A stretch of DNA of 63,700 bases, filler included, from Pelomyxa schiedti (GCA_020536535.1; 10 parts of 10 records of this genome joined end to end with filler, not necessarily neighbours in it), one strand, 5' to 3'; shown: positions 44,126 through 58,089, numbered from the whole stretch's first letter. The notes: generated from the letters alone by a model not told the origin. Numbers and translations are program-made.

Positions 44126-47100
44126 TCAGAGTCCACTGCCAAGTGGTGTTGTGTGGCCCAAATTCAAAGACCTTCTCCTGAAGTGGGATGATGACGCTTT
44201 TTCATGTGTGGACCCGGAAGTTGTTGCTGCTGGCGTAGGGTGCACCTTTGACACAGTTAGTTTTAACACTGAAAGTTAGGCATACCCCACTGGCAGCCAC
44301 ATTTGCGAAAAGAGTGTTGAGATAGGAGTATATTTTCGGCACCTGCTTGAACAAGTACTGATGTGTCTGCAGGGATATGACTCGCTGCAGAACTTTGGCA
44401 ATTGAGGTCAACTTCACAAAGTTTATTCTATCAGTTTTGTTGTGATTGTCATCTTCGATAAAAAGTGGAATCTCTTCAGCCTGTGTTATCTGACTTGACC
44501 ACATGGCTGGGGGATGTTAGTTGGCACAGTCAAGGGCTTGTTAGTACGGCATTACTTAAGTCGGGTACACAAGGTCCATTCATGTTCTCAAATATTGGAG
44601 CCACTTCCTTAAAGTAGTGGAAAGGGTCTATGAAGGATACAAGGTCTTTGTAAGTTTCGGCATCGTGGTGTGAAAGGCCCTAGAGCCGGTCATAAATCAG
44701 AGGTAATGGAAAGTTTGGGAACAACCTCCCACATCCTGTCATGTTGAAAGTCGGAGTTTGTATTAAGTGTGCTGATAATACAGTAACAAATCGCGTAATT
44801 ATCCCAGGCTTTGCAGCACGCTTTGTGGATAACAAAAAACCCAATCTAGTGTTAGATTGAACCCAAAGAAACATGAAATACCTGCAATATGAATAAAGTG
44901 GGTAAGGACCGAGGCCCTCTTGGCAGTGTGTGCGTGCTTGAGAATTTCAATGACAACCCACTTGGATACCTGGGTACAAAGCCAATTGGGATTTGTTGTA
45001 GTGCAGAATAACATACACTTTCATAGAATTGTCGGAATTTGGCCATGCTTGATGAGTGGTTCTTCACTCCGGCCTTATTTCGTTTGAATAATTTTGGTTT
45101 TTAAGAAATAATTACCTGCTTAAACCAGTCGTATAACGCAATGGAATTATACAAGGATGAAGCGATAAGCGTAAGCTGAGAGAACAAGGATTACAAAAAG
45201 AAACGAACGGGTATTGGGTGGTGGAAAAGAGATACTTGTCGCGCTACTTCAACCGGATCCAAGTCATGAAATTCTATTTCCTGTATGATATATCAGCACT
45301 TCTTAGAAGAGAGTAAACAAACTGTGGAGTCTTTTTGGTCATGTAATGGCTTGGGAAAAGGAAATTTATCGAGTTCTTTTTTTTTTGGTTTCTTATGTGG
45401 CATCAGCGGCAAGTATAAGAAATGAAAAAACACCAGAAACAAACCTTTTGAAAGCCTGCAAAAAAGTAACTAAACCAGTGTAAGTAACAATCATAGGGAA
45501 AAAGGCAGATACTGTGAGCCCAATGCCCATATGGAATGTTTCTCGTTCTTGCATTGCTTAAGAACATTTTTCGCTATAAGAGATGTTGCAAGTTCAGAAA
45601 CCTGGGTAGATTTAGACAGCGTGCAATAGAACAAAGGGACTACATGCACGGAATTGATGGAAAATTTTTCCATTGCCGCCTGCTGAGCTTCCATTGCTAT
45701 CTAATCTGTTAGAACACCCAAGGCTATAAAATAATAATACCAGGGAAACAGTGAAGGTATTTAGTTCTTTCAACAGACCGCTTGGTTGTCATTTCATGTG
45801 ACATCCAGAAGTGTGCAAGTTCCCATTCAGAACATCGTGGTTCAATGAGTTTCTTTATTGTCACTTGAAGCAGCAAGGGTTTCCATTTATGCATGGAGGG
45901 TGGTGCAGTGGTATTGACCTGTAAAGGCATTTACAAACCTCGTACAGGTTAAATTATAGACCTGCCTAAAAGTGAGGGGAAGGCTAAACTTACTTGCTCC
46001 GTTGAACTTGGCTGGTTGCAGAGAACTTCGCTTGTGCTCTGTAAGATGTTATTGGAGCAGGTAAGATCAGGTATTTGCGCACCAAGTGATGAAACAGTTC
46101 CATTTTAAGATTGTATTTCATGCATTCTCCCCAATCTTCATATTCAGAGGGAAGGTGAAGCAAAAAATCTGCCAACAAGGATAGGGCTTGGGGATCTTTG
46201 GTGATTATTTCTTTGGGCATGCAGGACCATGTCATGCAGGTATTTAGAATACTACATGTACAGTAAAACAATCGCAAAAAAATAAGAAATTAATACCAAG
46301 TACGCATTATGGTTGTATACTCCGTTTGGGAAACAGTTCCAGTGGGTACAGGGGGTGGGTTCTCGAATCTGTAAAAGCCTAAGACATACTGTATAAAAAA
46401 TTGTGCACACTTCTGGAAGAGGTGCTTGAACAGGGCACTGGAGGTGGTTGCGTAATGCATAGACAGGATAAATGTTGCTTGAAATTGCTCCAAATTAAAT
46501 GTTGATGGTAGACACAAGGCATCTGTTCTACATTAGTAAATAATAGTAACAGCAATAACTAGCAAATCAAAACAATTGAGAAAAAAAAGTGAAGATAACC
46601 AAAAAGGGCTGTTAGAGAGCCTTGCTCTACTCTTTGCAAGCCAGTTTTGGGCTCTGTGCCCCTAATTTTAAATGAGAGTAAGAAACTAAATACGGACACA
46701 AACAGGACAATGTTTTCTGCAGGAAATGTGACATTGGAAGCAAGACTAATAAAATGGAATTGTACTCGGCGGGGTATTAGCGAAAGATTGTATTTCATTT
46801 CATCTGCTTCTTCTTTTGAAAGGGCTGAATAGAGTGAGTTGCTTTTGGATTGGAAAGTGATGGAACCTGAAACATGGGGCGAAGCTGCGGAAGGTGAAGA
46901 AGTTGAAAGATCCACAGGCTGTACCCAAGGGCATGAACCCGACCTTGATCTACCAGTGGGTAGTGGTCCTGACGGTGTTGATGATACTGAGAGCTGGGAT
47001 GGTGGTGGAAGTGGTGCCAAAGATGGAGATGCTGACTGAATAGGTGGTGTTGCTGATACCGCCGGAGTTCCTTCAGGAATTCCAGGAGAAGAGCACGCCT

Positions 47101-47944
47101 GCAATCCCATTCCTCCCACTGCCAATGCAGCAACTCCCAAAAGGGCAGTTGCACCCCCTCCATGAGAAGAAGCAGAGTTTGGCAATAAGTGTTGTGGTGA
47201 TGCAGGGGCTTTTTTCGCGCTAGACAAAGAACTAGCCTCCGCAGCAGCACTCACAGCATCAACCTCATGCATCATAGCAGCCATTTTAGTGGAATTAGTG
47301 TGCCTGAGAGAAAGAAATCGCGGAAGTGAGCTGAACTGCGCGGGAGTCGACAGCCGTCGCCGCTGCTTGATCAAAGCAGGGTCCAAATCGTCAATGCAAA
47401 CCGTAGCCGTCGGGAACAAGCCCCCCGAAGCAGACGAAGAAATAGCGGCGCTCGAAGTCGAAGTGGACCCCGGCGGCGGCGGCGGTGTGACAACCACAAC
47501 ACCGGGAGGCGGAGGGGGGCCAACCGGCGGCGGGATAAACGAGGGCGGGGGCGGGATCTCGCCGCAGTCCTGGGGCGGGGGCGCCGGCGGGCCGATGTCC
47601 AGCGCGTCCGGGGGAGGGGGCGCCAGGCCCCCGCCCAGGGGCAGCGGCGTAGGCGCCACCGCGGCGAAGGAGGACGACGGGGCGGCGGTCCCCGTGTTGA
47701 TGTGCAGGCGGACGCTGGGCACGCTCATGCTCCGTATGGACACCATCGGCGGCTTGGACCCCGTGCTCAGCGACCTGCCGTCGCGCACGACGGGGGGGCC
47801 CGAGGGCGGCGGTATGTACTCGCACGACGATACGGGCGGCGGCGGGGGCGGCGCCTCCGACGGGACCGAAATCAGCGGAGGAGGCGGCGGCGGCGGGGGC
47901 GACGTGGAAGGAGGCGGCGGCGCCCGGGTCGTCGGGGGCGGGGG
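44126..47944 (-). CDS. RasGEF (REM + CDC25 domain) with Pro-rich N-terminal region, spliced, 5' truncated
   Basis: Poly-Pro region, REM-like FILSMHYATTSSALFKHL, then CDC25 blocks SKWVVIEILKHAHTAKRASVLTHFIHIA, YKDLVSFIDP...GPCVP and DRINFVKLTSIAKVLQRVISLQTHQY. Confidence 0.8.
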
Positions 47945-48044
47945 NNNNNNNNNNNNNNNNNNNNNNNNNNNNNNNNNNNNNNNNNNNNTTAATTAATTAA
48001 NNNNNNNNNNNNNNNNNNNNNNNNNNNNNNNNNNNNNNNNNNNN
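47945..48044. other. Artificial assembly linker 9
   Basis: N44-TTAATTAATTAA-N44. Confidence 0.99.
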
Positions 48045-48045
48045 C

Positions 48046-48361
48046 CTCATCAACAGCCTCCGATTCGCCAAAGGACAGACTTCTCTCGGCTGGGTGAATC
48101 CTCTTTTATATGAAGCCTACAACTATGGAGCCTTCTCTGGTATGATCCTTTTCCACCCCCCTCCAGCACACACATCCCCAGCACAACCCTCCCCAGTAAC
48201 ACTGAACCACAACAGACATCACGCAGTGCCAGCAGCAATCACACGGCTGCTGCCCATACAGCTTTGCCACTACCTCCAAATGGGACCCAATGACAGGAAT
48301 GGGAGTGCCCAACTGGGACGTCTTGGCCGCCTTCGCCACAAACCCCTCCGCTTTCTTCTAG
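48046..48361 (+). CDS. C-terminal fragment of a sedolisin (S53) tripeptidyl-peptidase-I-like protease
   Basis: LINSLRFAKGQTSLGWVNPLLY and GCCPYSFATTSKWDPMTGMGVPNWDVL match the S53 motifs LG..NP.LY and WDP.TG.G.PN. Confidence 0.85.
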
Positions 48362-48475
48362 AGTTCTAAGTTTCTAATTAATTTCTTTTTCCGTTTCTTT
48401 TTCTTCGAAACAAAAGCAAAACAAACAAAAAATACCAACCCCAGAGGTGACCCGGAGGTAGTGGGGAGTCCTAGA

Positions 48476-50534
48476 ATGACGAAGACAACAGGCAAAAAGA
48501 AGGTCAACCCGCGGACGTACTTCGACATTGCTATTGCGGACAAGCCTGGTATAACAGTGGCGCTTGGATTTTTTTTCTTTTTTTTTTTTGTTCTTTTCGA
48601 ATCGCTGTGTTTGTTGCACTCAACGTTGCTCAGTTGGTCGTATTGTGTTCGAACTGTTTGCTGATATTGTCCCAATTACTGCTGAGAACTTCCGAGCCTT
48701 ATGTGCAGGTACTTTTTTCCCCCCTTCTGCTTTCAACTTACAGTTGTAGGTGACAAGGGCGTGGGTAAGACTACCCACTGCAAGTTGCATTACAAGGGTT
48801 CTCCATTCCACCGTATTATCAAGGGGTTTATGATTCAGGGAGGAGATTTTTCCAAATTTAACGGAACTGGGGGTGAATCAATTTATGGTGGTCGCTTTAA
48901 TGGTAAATAATCGTTCCCTTTCTTACTGTCCTGTTCATGTTCGTTACTTCTAGATGAGAACTTCCACTTGAAGCACTCCACAGCAGGCCTCCTATCAATG
49001 GCAAATTGCGGAAAGAACACAAATGGGTCTCAGGTACATTTTTCTTATCCTTTTGTGTACTACAATTAAAGGCAACCAGTTTTTTATCACCACTGCCCCT
49101 GCACACCATCTTGACGGGTAAATTTTCCGTTCTCCCAGCAAATTTCTAATCACAAACAAGAAAGCACACTGTATTTGGCAACGTCATCGAAGGAATGGAG
49201 GTTGTCAGAATCATAGAAAATCAACTTGTGGACAATAATAAGGCACCCTATGCGAGTGTGACAATTTCAAATTGTGGAGAATTTGAATTTGTAGTTGCAG
49301 GTGAAAACCAAGAAAAAAGTAAGTGCACATGCCATTTTTCCACTTTTGTCTAAGAATGTAAGGTCGAAGGCACTCGGAGGCTTCTGAATCAAGCTCATCC
49401 AGCTCGAAATCGCGCTCCCGCTCCTCGTCTTCTTCTTCGTCCTCATCGTCATCCTCTTCGTCGGATTCCTCTTCAGCGGAAAAACGGAGGTCTTTTCTCT
49501 CCATTGTGGCAACTATAATAACGCAATGCAGAAAGTCGAAAAGACGCAGAAAAACTGCCGAGAAAGCTGTGGACACAAAACCAGTCCCCGACCCAAGTGC
49601 TTTGGAGTCAAGTGCCCCACCTGCAATACCTCCTGCAGTTGCCTCAGATAAATTGAAGGAGAAACAACCAGAACAAGACGCACAAGAAGCAGCCCGCTCC
49701 ATAAGGTTTTTCCATTCTTGTGATCTATCTGGGTAAGGGCAATTCAAGATACTTAATACGTGCAGTGAGGCTCTGCGCCGTCGACCTTTCTTGGACCGTG
49801 GTGGAGTTGACATGAAGGAGACTATTCCAAGGTACCAGCCAAACCACCGCGGTTTCAAGGGGCGTGGTGTAGCGCACTACAGAGATGGTGCAATCCTGCC
49901 TAGATCGGCAGTCGAACCCCCTCTGCATTCCCACCCTAGTTCCCGATCGGGCCAGCGTGGTTCCTCCGCCAAGTACAGCACTCACACTCACACGAGTACT
50001 GCGCCGTCTACTTCAGGAGCCTCCTCGGCGCTTAACAGCAAATTAGTCTCAACTCCTCATCCTCCCCAATCACAGACCCAGTTTCAGTCTCAGTCTCAGA
50101 CCACTTCCCAATCCCAAACAGGTACCCAACAGCACTCCCATTCCCGCTCCCGCTCTCGTTCTCGATCCCGCTCGCGCTCCCATTCCCGGCCTCGCCGTCC
50201 CCACGGCCGGACCCATTCACGATCACGCTCACCACCCAGCCGGAGGCCGCAATCACGCTCACACTCCCCACCATCCCACAGAGGCCGCACAGCGACATCA
50301 GCAGCGACGCAATTAACAACAACAACAGCAGCAGCCGCACCATCAAGCACACACTCGCGTTCACGTTCCCGTTCCCGTTCCAGGTCCAGGAGTGCATCCA
50401 GGTCCAGCAGCTCCCGCTCCGGCAGGCATGACTCACCTTCACCACCCCACAAGAAGTTCGAAGAGGCCCCTCCCAGCTCTACTACTACAACCACAACTTC
50501 CACCTCTGCACCCAAACCAGATACCAAAGAATAA
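48476..50534 (+). CDS. Cyclophilin with acidic and RS/HS-rich tail (PPIG/CYP63-like spliceosomal PPIase)
   Basis: [97 protein letters not shown]; followed by SRSRSRSRS tracts. Confidence 0.93.
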
Positions 50535-50615
50535 AAGAGAACTGAGTCTCTATTCCGTTTCAGTCTTTTTGCTTGGAATTTTGTATCAGCAGGCAACAAA
50601 CACAACTTGGCGGGA

Positions 50616-51558
50616 ATGAGCTCAGAGTCGGATGATGAGGATTACGTTCCCGTTGGCGCGTCGGTTAACCTTCTTGGGGTTTGGTCTGGCGACGAAGAGG
50701 AAGATGTCATCGTCTCGTCTGACGACGAGGTAGGCGACGACGAGGGGTCCCACTCGAGCTCACACACCCCTGCAACATCGTCAGCAGCAAAGTCAAAGGG
50801 AAGAACAACAAAAGCAAAGAAGAGCAGCAGCAACGAGGACGACGACGACGACAAGAAGAAGAAAAAGAACAAGAGCAAGGGGAAAAGGAAGGCCAAACCC
50901 CCCGCTAAGGAAAAGCCCAAGCAAAAGGAGGAGAAGAAGAAGAAGAAGAAGAAGAAGAAGATCAATAAGAGCGAGGAGGGCGATGATGGAAAGGCAAAGG
51001 GAAAGGAGGAGGTGGTGGTGGAGGAGGAAAAAGGAGGAGGGGGGACAGGTGACGAGGGGGCACTGCTGGCCATTCTGGGGATGGAAAGCAGCGGCGACGG
51101 CGCCTCCACGACGTCTGCTGCTGCTGCTGCTGCGGCGTCGGCGTCGGCGGCTGCGGCCAGCGATGCATTCTCCGCACTGGAGTTTGATGATAACAATGCA
51201 GGCGTGGGCTGGGAGGAGGCGTGGAATCAGGGGCAGGAGGACGACGGCGAGGGCGGGGCGGCTGCGGGGCACTGCAACTGCAGCTGTGGGAGGGGACGGA
51301 TGAGCGGGAGGAAGGCCTCAAAGTCGCTGCAGAAGGTGCTGATGGGAGGGTGCAATCTGGACCCTATCACGGGGGAGAAGCTGAAGCCGCGGGCGCACGG
51401 GGAACACCCCAGCATCACTCTTTTCCCACTGGGATATAAGCAGGACTCGGGGGGTGAGAGGTTTGGACTTGACTGGGCTCCTGTGGAAAGACCAACTACT
51501 CTTTGTTACAATGCTTCATCACTACGGAAAGTAGCAAGTCAGTTTTAAGCTCTCACAT

Positions 51559-51591
<33 letters not shown>

Positions 51592-53713
51592 GAAAGCTAA
51601 GTGTAAGTGCGCATTGTATCATATGAAAATTTGTTTATCGAATCTTATTCTTTACAGAAGCCAGTGGTGGGTGGAAGCAGCCACCCTTCTTTCGGGACCC
51701 CATGACACCTGAACTTGAAGCTTTGTGTGAGAAGTTGGCACCTCTCACACTTGAGTCTCACTCCACCATAATGGTTGTCTTTTCCGTTTTTGTCTTGTGT
51801 TCCTTCTGACACCTTCAATGTAGCCATTTGAAGAATATTTCAATCAGTGTCCCTTACAAATTGAGAACGTATCGCAAACAAATGTGTACGTTTGCCCTGT
51901 GTGCTACGCAAAGTTAGCAAAAGAAGCGACACCAACTACTGACCCACTGAGAATTGTCACTGTATATTCCTGTGTACTTATTTTTCGTACTTACGCCTCT
52001 CTAGCAACGAGGTTTAGAGCGCTGTTCTGCGTTTTGTTTTTTGAGAAAATTAGACTGGTCACATCACTTGAAAGAGAGGTATTTCAGAAATTTGTGTTTT
52101 CACTCAAATGAAGTTAATCAAGTTGAGAAGGCATGGACTGAGCCCAACAAAAGAATCCATTCTCGCTGAAGATTTTATGTTGAAACATCGTGTAAAATTC
52201 TGCCATTTGTTTTTCATCCCTTTTACCAACCTGCAGTACATTTACACCTGGTTATCCAAAGATCCCCAAGCTGAATGTTATAGGAACCCTACACTAACAT
52301 TCAAAAGCTGGTCATCTGAGAAAAGGAAAAAAGTTGACAAGGTTGAAACATTTTACTGCTAGGTTTGCCGTTAATTATGCCCAGGTATGTCAATCTGCCC
52401 AAGTTGCTCTTCAGGTCTATTGGCACGGTGAGAACTACCTCAATACAGCTCTGTATAATGCCGTTGTCACGTTGTTGGAGTACGGAAAAGAATCCAGCCA
52501 GCTATCCACTGATTCCGAAGAAGCCCCTGTTGCTCAAGAGAAATCTGATTCTGAGTCTTCAGTGAACTCTGATACCTTTGTTGTGGCAGATGACGAGATT
52601 GAATATGAGGAAGAAACTTCTAAGGAGAAGTCTCATAAAACGAAGAAGTCTCACAAAAAGAAGAAGGTCAAGCCAAAAAAAGAGGAGTCCTCTGACGAAA
52701 GCACATTGGCGGTGAGTGAAAGTAGTACCCCAGTATCTGACGACGAAAGCGTCCCTCCGGTCACTCCCAAGCGCAAACTCGTAAGAAAAAGCACACTGCG
52801 TGGGCTGGAGGACCCACCTGACGAAAAATCCAGTGACCCACAGGATAAAGGAAAAAGTGCGACATCCGAGGACGATGCAGTAAAACTACCAATTCTAGAT
52901 TCGGCACAAAGTAAGGATGACAACGAAGTGGCACAAACGCCCGAAACTCCTAAACGTAGGAGGATTGCTGACTTCATAGAAAGAACATTGCAGGAACAAA
53001 ATATTGTGTGCACTCAGCAACAATCGCCTCTGTCCTCCCATCACACCACCACACCCACATCGCAAACTATTGATGACCACCTCTCGTTGTCAGAGGAAAA
53101 CTCCTCCACGACAACAACAGCAAAAGCGAGTCCTCACAAAACTTCATCTCTTTGCACAGAGATATCCCAAGTAAGCCCATCTGCGCCATCCACTTGCACT
53201 CAAAAGACACCCACCAAAAAATCTCCCACGCACTCCTCCACACTAAAATCCGAGGAGAATTCAACCACAACCACAACAACCACAACCCCCAATACTACAG
53301 CACCACCATCCACAACCACCCCGCGAAAAACTACCGCATCCTTTACACAGCACCCGGAAACACCGGAATCCACCAAAACCCAGCCCGGCTCCCTAGAAGA
53401 TATCGACGACGAAACTCCAGTATCTGACTTTCTGGCGAAAGCATTCCCGCACAAGCCGGACCGGGTTCTGCAAGATTGGGCACAAAAGATACAAGACCAG
53501 GCCATCGACACCGTCGGCGACCTAAGAATAGCCTCCGACTTCACGTGGGTGCACCTCGGGATCCCGCTCGGTGCCGTGGATCGTCTGCGGCTGTCATTGC
53601 GCATCCCATCACTGCCTTCGTCCCAGCTCACATCCCAACCTCACTCTCAATCTCCGGCTCGATCCCCATCGCCGTCCCAGTCGTCGTCATCGTCCCTCAT
53701 TGTGATTGACTGA
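50616..53713 (+). CDS. Hypothetical spliced protein: acidic/Lys-rich N-terminus, Cys-containing middle, S/T-rich linker, SAM-like C-terminal helical domain
   Basis: ORF 50607-51548, short exons around 51660-52360 (including YVCPVCY), and ORF 52334-53713 ending in DWAQKIQDQAIDTVGDLR...LGIPLGAVDRLR. The single-gene join is inferred. Confidence 0.55.
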
Positions 53714-53944
53714 GCGAGCATATCGTTTATTGTTTGTCTGAACCCACAGGCCAAGTCAAGTTTTATTGAAACAAAACATTCACTCAAAAGTGCGGCGGGT
53801 AACTTTTTTTTGGTTCATTCGGCGAAATGCTGTAATCACATTTCGTTGACAGGGGGAGAAGCGCGGATGCTGGGTGAGGCTAACGAAAAGGACATCGTTC
53901 CGCTCTGTTGATTATTTTATAGACCCACATAAACCCGCTGGACG

Positions 53945-56900
53945 ATGGAAACCAAGATCGCTGTAGATCCGGACCCTAACAAAGAGCAAACAGGATCGCA
54001 TTGTTGGGTCAGGTTCCCATTGGTCGTGATTCTCGTAGCATGGGTGGCGTATGTTTTTTTTTTTTCCCCCCCATGTTTTTCTGTTCTCCTTTAATTGCAG
54101 TTTTTTTATAGTGTGCTTGTAACGTGCATGACTGCTTGTGTTGGGACACTGGGACAAATGGACTCGCGACATTCAGCTTATAAGTTGGGTGACATGTCCA
54201 GAACGTGCATTCGGGACAGAGTCTATTCTGAAGTTGTTGGGTAGTTCGCGACAGCCTTACATTGACGATGCTTTATAAGCCGCGCATTGCATTCAATACT
54301 AAATAATTCCGTTGTCACACTTCTTCAAAGAACTTTCTCGAAAGGTCTGTCTGCTGCCCTTTTTGCACGAGATTACATGTGGGGAACGGCTGACGAGCGA
54401 GACTCTTTGATTTGGCGGGATTGTCTTAACTCTTCTGGCGGCCTGTTGGTATTCCCTCCACAATTTTTTGCTCATATGGCCCAGATTTGAGGAGGCTCGT
54501 GTTCTTGAAGTGTATTTAAATGATCACCCTCAAATAAGACTCCTTGGATTTACAAGGTAGCGGGATAATACAAATTAGTCCTTAAAATTTGACACTAAAG
54601 ATACTCTTCTATTTGGAATCAGAGCACAATTCAAGTAGAGTGTGTCACTCATGGTTAGAACTCCACCTTTACTTCGAGGTAACTAATTGTACCAGGTAAA
54701 CCCCTCATGGGAATTTCGGACAATAGCACCGGATTCATGTACCAGCAATACTCTGTCAATGAAACAACAAATACTTTTTATCATGACCAAATGGTTTATG
54801 AGTTCCCTTGGAAGGCCTCTATGATCCCTGTAGGTCATTAGATCAAGTATAAGACTGACCTTTCTCCTAGTCCTTTGACACTTGGGTGGACCATGAAGGA
54901 GAACTCGTGGGAGATCCCTACCAAACTCAACTCCAGGGGGTGCAGAAAGTCCTTACTTTGCTAAATTTCGCCTTTATTACTCGTATTTCCTCTACCTCTT
55001 TAATGATGTGGAGGGCTTCAATGGATTTGGAATCCATTTCCAAATTTGTACAGGTATGGTGTCCTTGAGTTAAGTAAAAACAAACATGGCCTAGAACCTC
55101 CAACTCCCTGACTTAACAAGACTTGCTCTTGTCGAAGCGAATTTTCAAATTGTGGCTGCTTCAGAAGACGGTATAACTTTTAACCAAACAACAAACGAAA
55201 GGGTACATGTGCACACTGTCGCAAAGCAAAAGTGATGCTTCACAGGTAGTTCTGCCAAGGGCTACCGACAAATTACTATCCGATGCAGGAAAGTTTTTGC
55301 AGGCAACATTCCACAGTAAGTGTAGGAGATGGCTTCCTGGTATAACTAACCCCTAACTAGATATGTCTGGTGTACCTGACAATTACTCGGAAAAGATCGA
55401 TACCAGTAAAGGAGAGGCAAATCTCGACATTGCAAAATGGCAACTGAATGAAAACAGTACAACTTTTTGGGTAATCATGGTATGTAGGATCAAGTCCAGC
55501 TGTCTTTTCTGATAAACCTAGCAGATAACACCAACATCAGAATTTCTTTATAGTGCTAAGAAATTTTTGAATGTCATGCTTATCGTTGTGATAGTTGTTA
55601 GCCTGGCTGGAATTTTTTTTGCTGTCCTGACAAGCCGGTTTTTCTGGTGTAATCTCTCAATTGTATTGAGAAGAATATAGGTGGATTACAAAACCTCTAG
55701 TTGAAACTGCACGTCGACTACACATGATATCCCATCTGGAGTTTGAAGAAACAAGTGTAAAAACTGCCAATTCTCCCTTCAGTGAGATCCATGCTATTCA
55801 AGCAAGTTATTATGCTATGGAGGCGGGACTGAAATCCCTTTCTTTGTATTTACCTGTATCTCTAGTTAAATCACTTCTGCATAGGTATTCCAGGAGCATT
55901 GTTTCTTTATTTTTACGCTATAAATGAATTGTGTTGTTCCTAACGATGTTGTAATTCCTTTGTCCAGTAATACCGAATCAAAACTTGGGGTGAAGAATGC
56001 CAACTGCACAGTTTTATTTATGGATGTTAAAGGCTTCTCTTCTTTATGCCAAGATCTTTCTAGTAGCCAACGAGGTATTCCAGCAAGTTGACCCCCTCTT
56101 CTAAAAACTGGTCAAGCATTAGAAGCAGTAGGAGAATGTTTTGATTGTTTCACTCAGATTATCGCCTCTCACCACGGCACAGTGGACAAGGTATACAAAA
56201 TTCTTTCTTTTTGAAACTTTAACGCGATTCTAGTTCATTGGTGCAGGTACCTGAGATATTCCCTCTTTTCCTTTAACGGTCTTTTAGAAATCATGGCTTT
56301 TTGGAATGAGGTACACATCTCCTTGCCAAAAACTCAGGAGGGTGGGGAGGGAAACACAAACACAAATACTGAAATACAAATAAAAAAAGCCAGAACCTGT
56401 TCCCAACCATCCAGTGGTTGCTTTAGAAACTGTCTTTCAATGTAGGAAAAAATTGCAAGAGCTGCAAACCAGTTGGGAGACGCGAAACCTTCCCAGGCTG
56501 AATATCAAATTTGGAATCAACACTGGCCCAGGTACAGAACATTTAAACATGCAGTTTTCTTATTTTCCAGTACTTGTTGGGAATGTTGGTGGCAGCAAAC
56601 GCTTCGACTATACAGTAGTTGGGCACACAGGTAAATAAATATCCCCATTACAACCTTAACCTCTGCAGTCAATATTGCTGCCCGTCTCGAACCTCTTACT
56701 GGTTCACTAGGAGTTGATGTACTTATCTCAGAAGAGATGTACAACAACGTTTGTAGTACCTTCTTGTGTAGAAAAGTTCGTTCTGTTACAGTAAAGGGCA
56801 TCTCACAGAAAATAGCCGTCTACGAAGTTTGCATGGGAGCCCATCTTTAACCTTCTAAATCTTTACAGCCAATGTGCCACAAAATGGATTGCACAAAGGA

Positions 56901-57096
56901 ATATCTAGCAATGCTGGAATCGTTTGACTCAATCGTCAATAACCTTGACAACGGTCTTACTGATGTTGTAGCTTCACAAGTAATTTCTCTTTTCCACACC
57001 ACTGTTCATAAACACCAAAGGTACAAAAACACTGTAAAAAATTTCCTGACGACATGGCGGCACAAGCTCTTCTTGCAACATTGGGCTGAGAAATAA
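53945..57096 (+). CDS. Membrane-anchored class III nucleotide (adenylate) cyclase: TM-extracellular sensor-TM-HAMP-cyclase, spliced
   Basis: TM then ITKPLVETARRL...SEIHAIQASYYAMEAGLKSLSLYLP (HAMP). Catalytic motifs: TVFIMDVKGFS, GTVDK/FIGA/EIMAFW, RLNIKFGINTG/PVLVGNVGGSKRFDYTVVGHT/VNIAARLE, VKG.SQKIAVYE. 3' end approximate. Confidence 0.88.
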
Positions 57097-57221
57097 CAAC
57101 TGGCTGACCAGTGTAATTTATACCGTGATGTACAGACGAATGGATTGTTCCAGCTCACTTTTTTTTTTGCAAGCAAGAAACTTTCATAACAAGAGAACAC
57201 TAAGTTTCTAGCTTTTCAACT

Positions 57222-58089
57222 TTACTTTGTGCTGGGATAGCACACTGGGGGTGGGACAATAAACGAGTTATCTGTGAATTTGGTCTCAGTGAAATCCAAA
57301 AAGTCCACAGTTGCGTTTTCGTATGCCCCAGTGTCATATACTCTCATGAGTATGTTTGTGCCTTGCACGACATAGAAGTTGTACTCCTTGTGGATGTTTG
57401 GAGAACGAACATTTGAAGAAGGAATGGAATGGAACTACCATGTCAGGATCCACTATTTGCCAGTGGTCGCAGGGTTTGTCTAGAATATACACAGTTTCTC
57501 CCGTGCAGGTGGCATCTTCAAGGAACCAAGGTGATATTGGTCGGAGTAGATAATCACTTCCGGAGCAGTACTTCTCTTTTACCTTTCACAATGTCAGTTA
57601 GTGTGGTTCATTACTTAGCATTCAGTGGATGTTTTTGTAGTAGGTTTTTTCCCCCCCTCTGCACCAGGATGTATTCCCTCGCTTCACCGTAAGCAATGTA
57701 TACTATCATGTTTGCTTCCACACCACCAAAGGTGTTGCTAATATCCTATGAAATGAATAACTATAAACACCATACCCATTGGGCCAATAATTACCTGACG
57801 TACACACTCTACCGTCCAATCTTTTTGCTTGATCAGAATCAACATTCAATGGAAGTAGGAGAGAAGCGGTATTTATTTCCAGGACACAAAACGTACCGTA
57901 CCACATGGCACCCTGTGATGTCCCACAAGTGAAATTGCTTTGCCATGACCACGGCAGAACTGGCGTTGGCCCAGAGCACGCGCCCTCGCGTCGATGGGGT
58001 GCCCCGCCGCCCGAAACCACGCAGCAGATCAAACAGACTGTCACCACAAGTCCTGCCACGAAGAAGAAGTTGTTCCCTCTCGACTCCAT
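57222..58089 (-). CDS. Secreted ependymin-related (EPDR-like) protein, spliced
   Basis: Signal peptide MESRGNNFFFVAGLVVTVCLICCVVSG; PTPVLPWSWQSNFT...GAMWY; KPCDHW; YNFYVVQGTNILMRV...TVDFLDFTE...NSFIVPPPVCY*. The pattern (early P..P..F, C..W, terminal DF..F...S.F..P..C) is ependymin-like. Confidence 0.5.

Noticed and set aside
1489-48044. A redox/anaerobiosis gene cluster (WrbA, Sec-DsbA, ferric reductase, GSS) and other cross-segment neighbourhoods
   Set aside because: These genes lie on different segments separated by artificial linkers. Some gaps would have to hide whole genes (DDX46, sedolisin), so adjacency across linkers is not evidence of linkage.
8731-53631. Long antisense ORFs (e.g. 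8731-9177+, 30801-31232+, 31207-32055+, 47289-47996+, 50032-50605-, 50642-51196-, 53200-53631-)
   Set aside because: These are shadows of low-complexity or GC-rich coding regions on the opposite strand, with no independent motifs.
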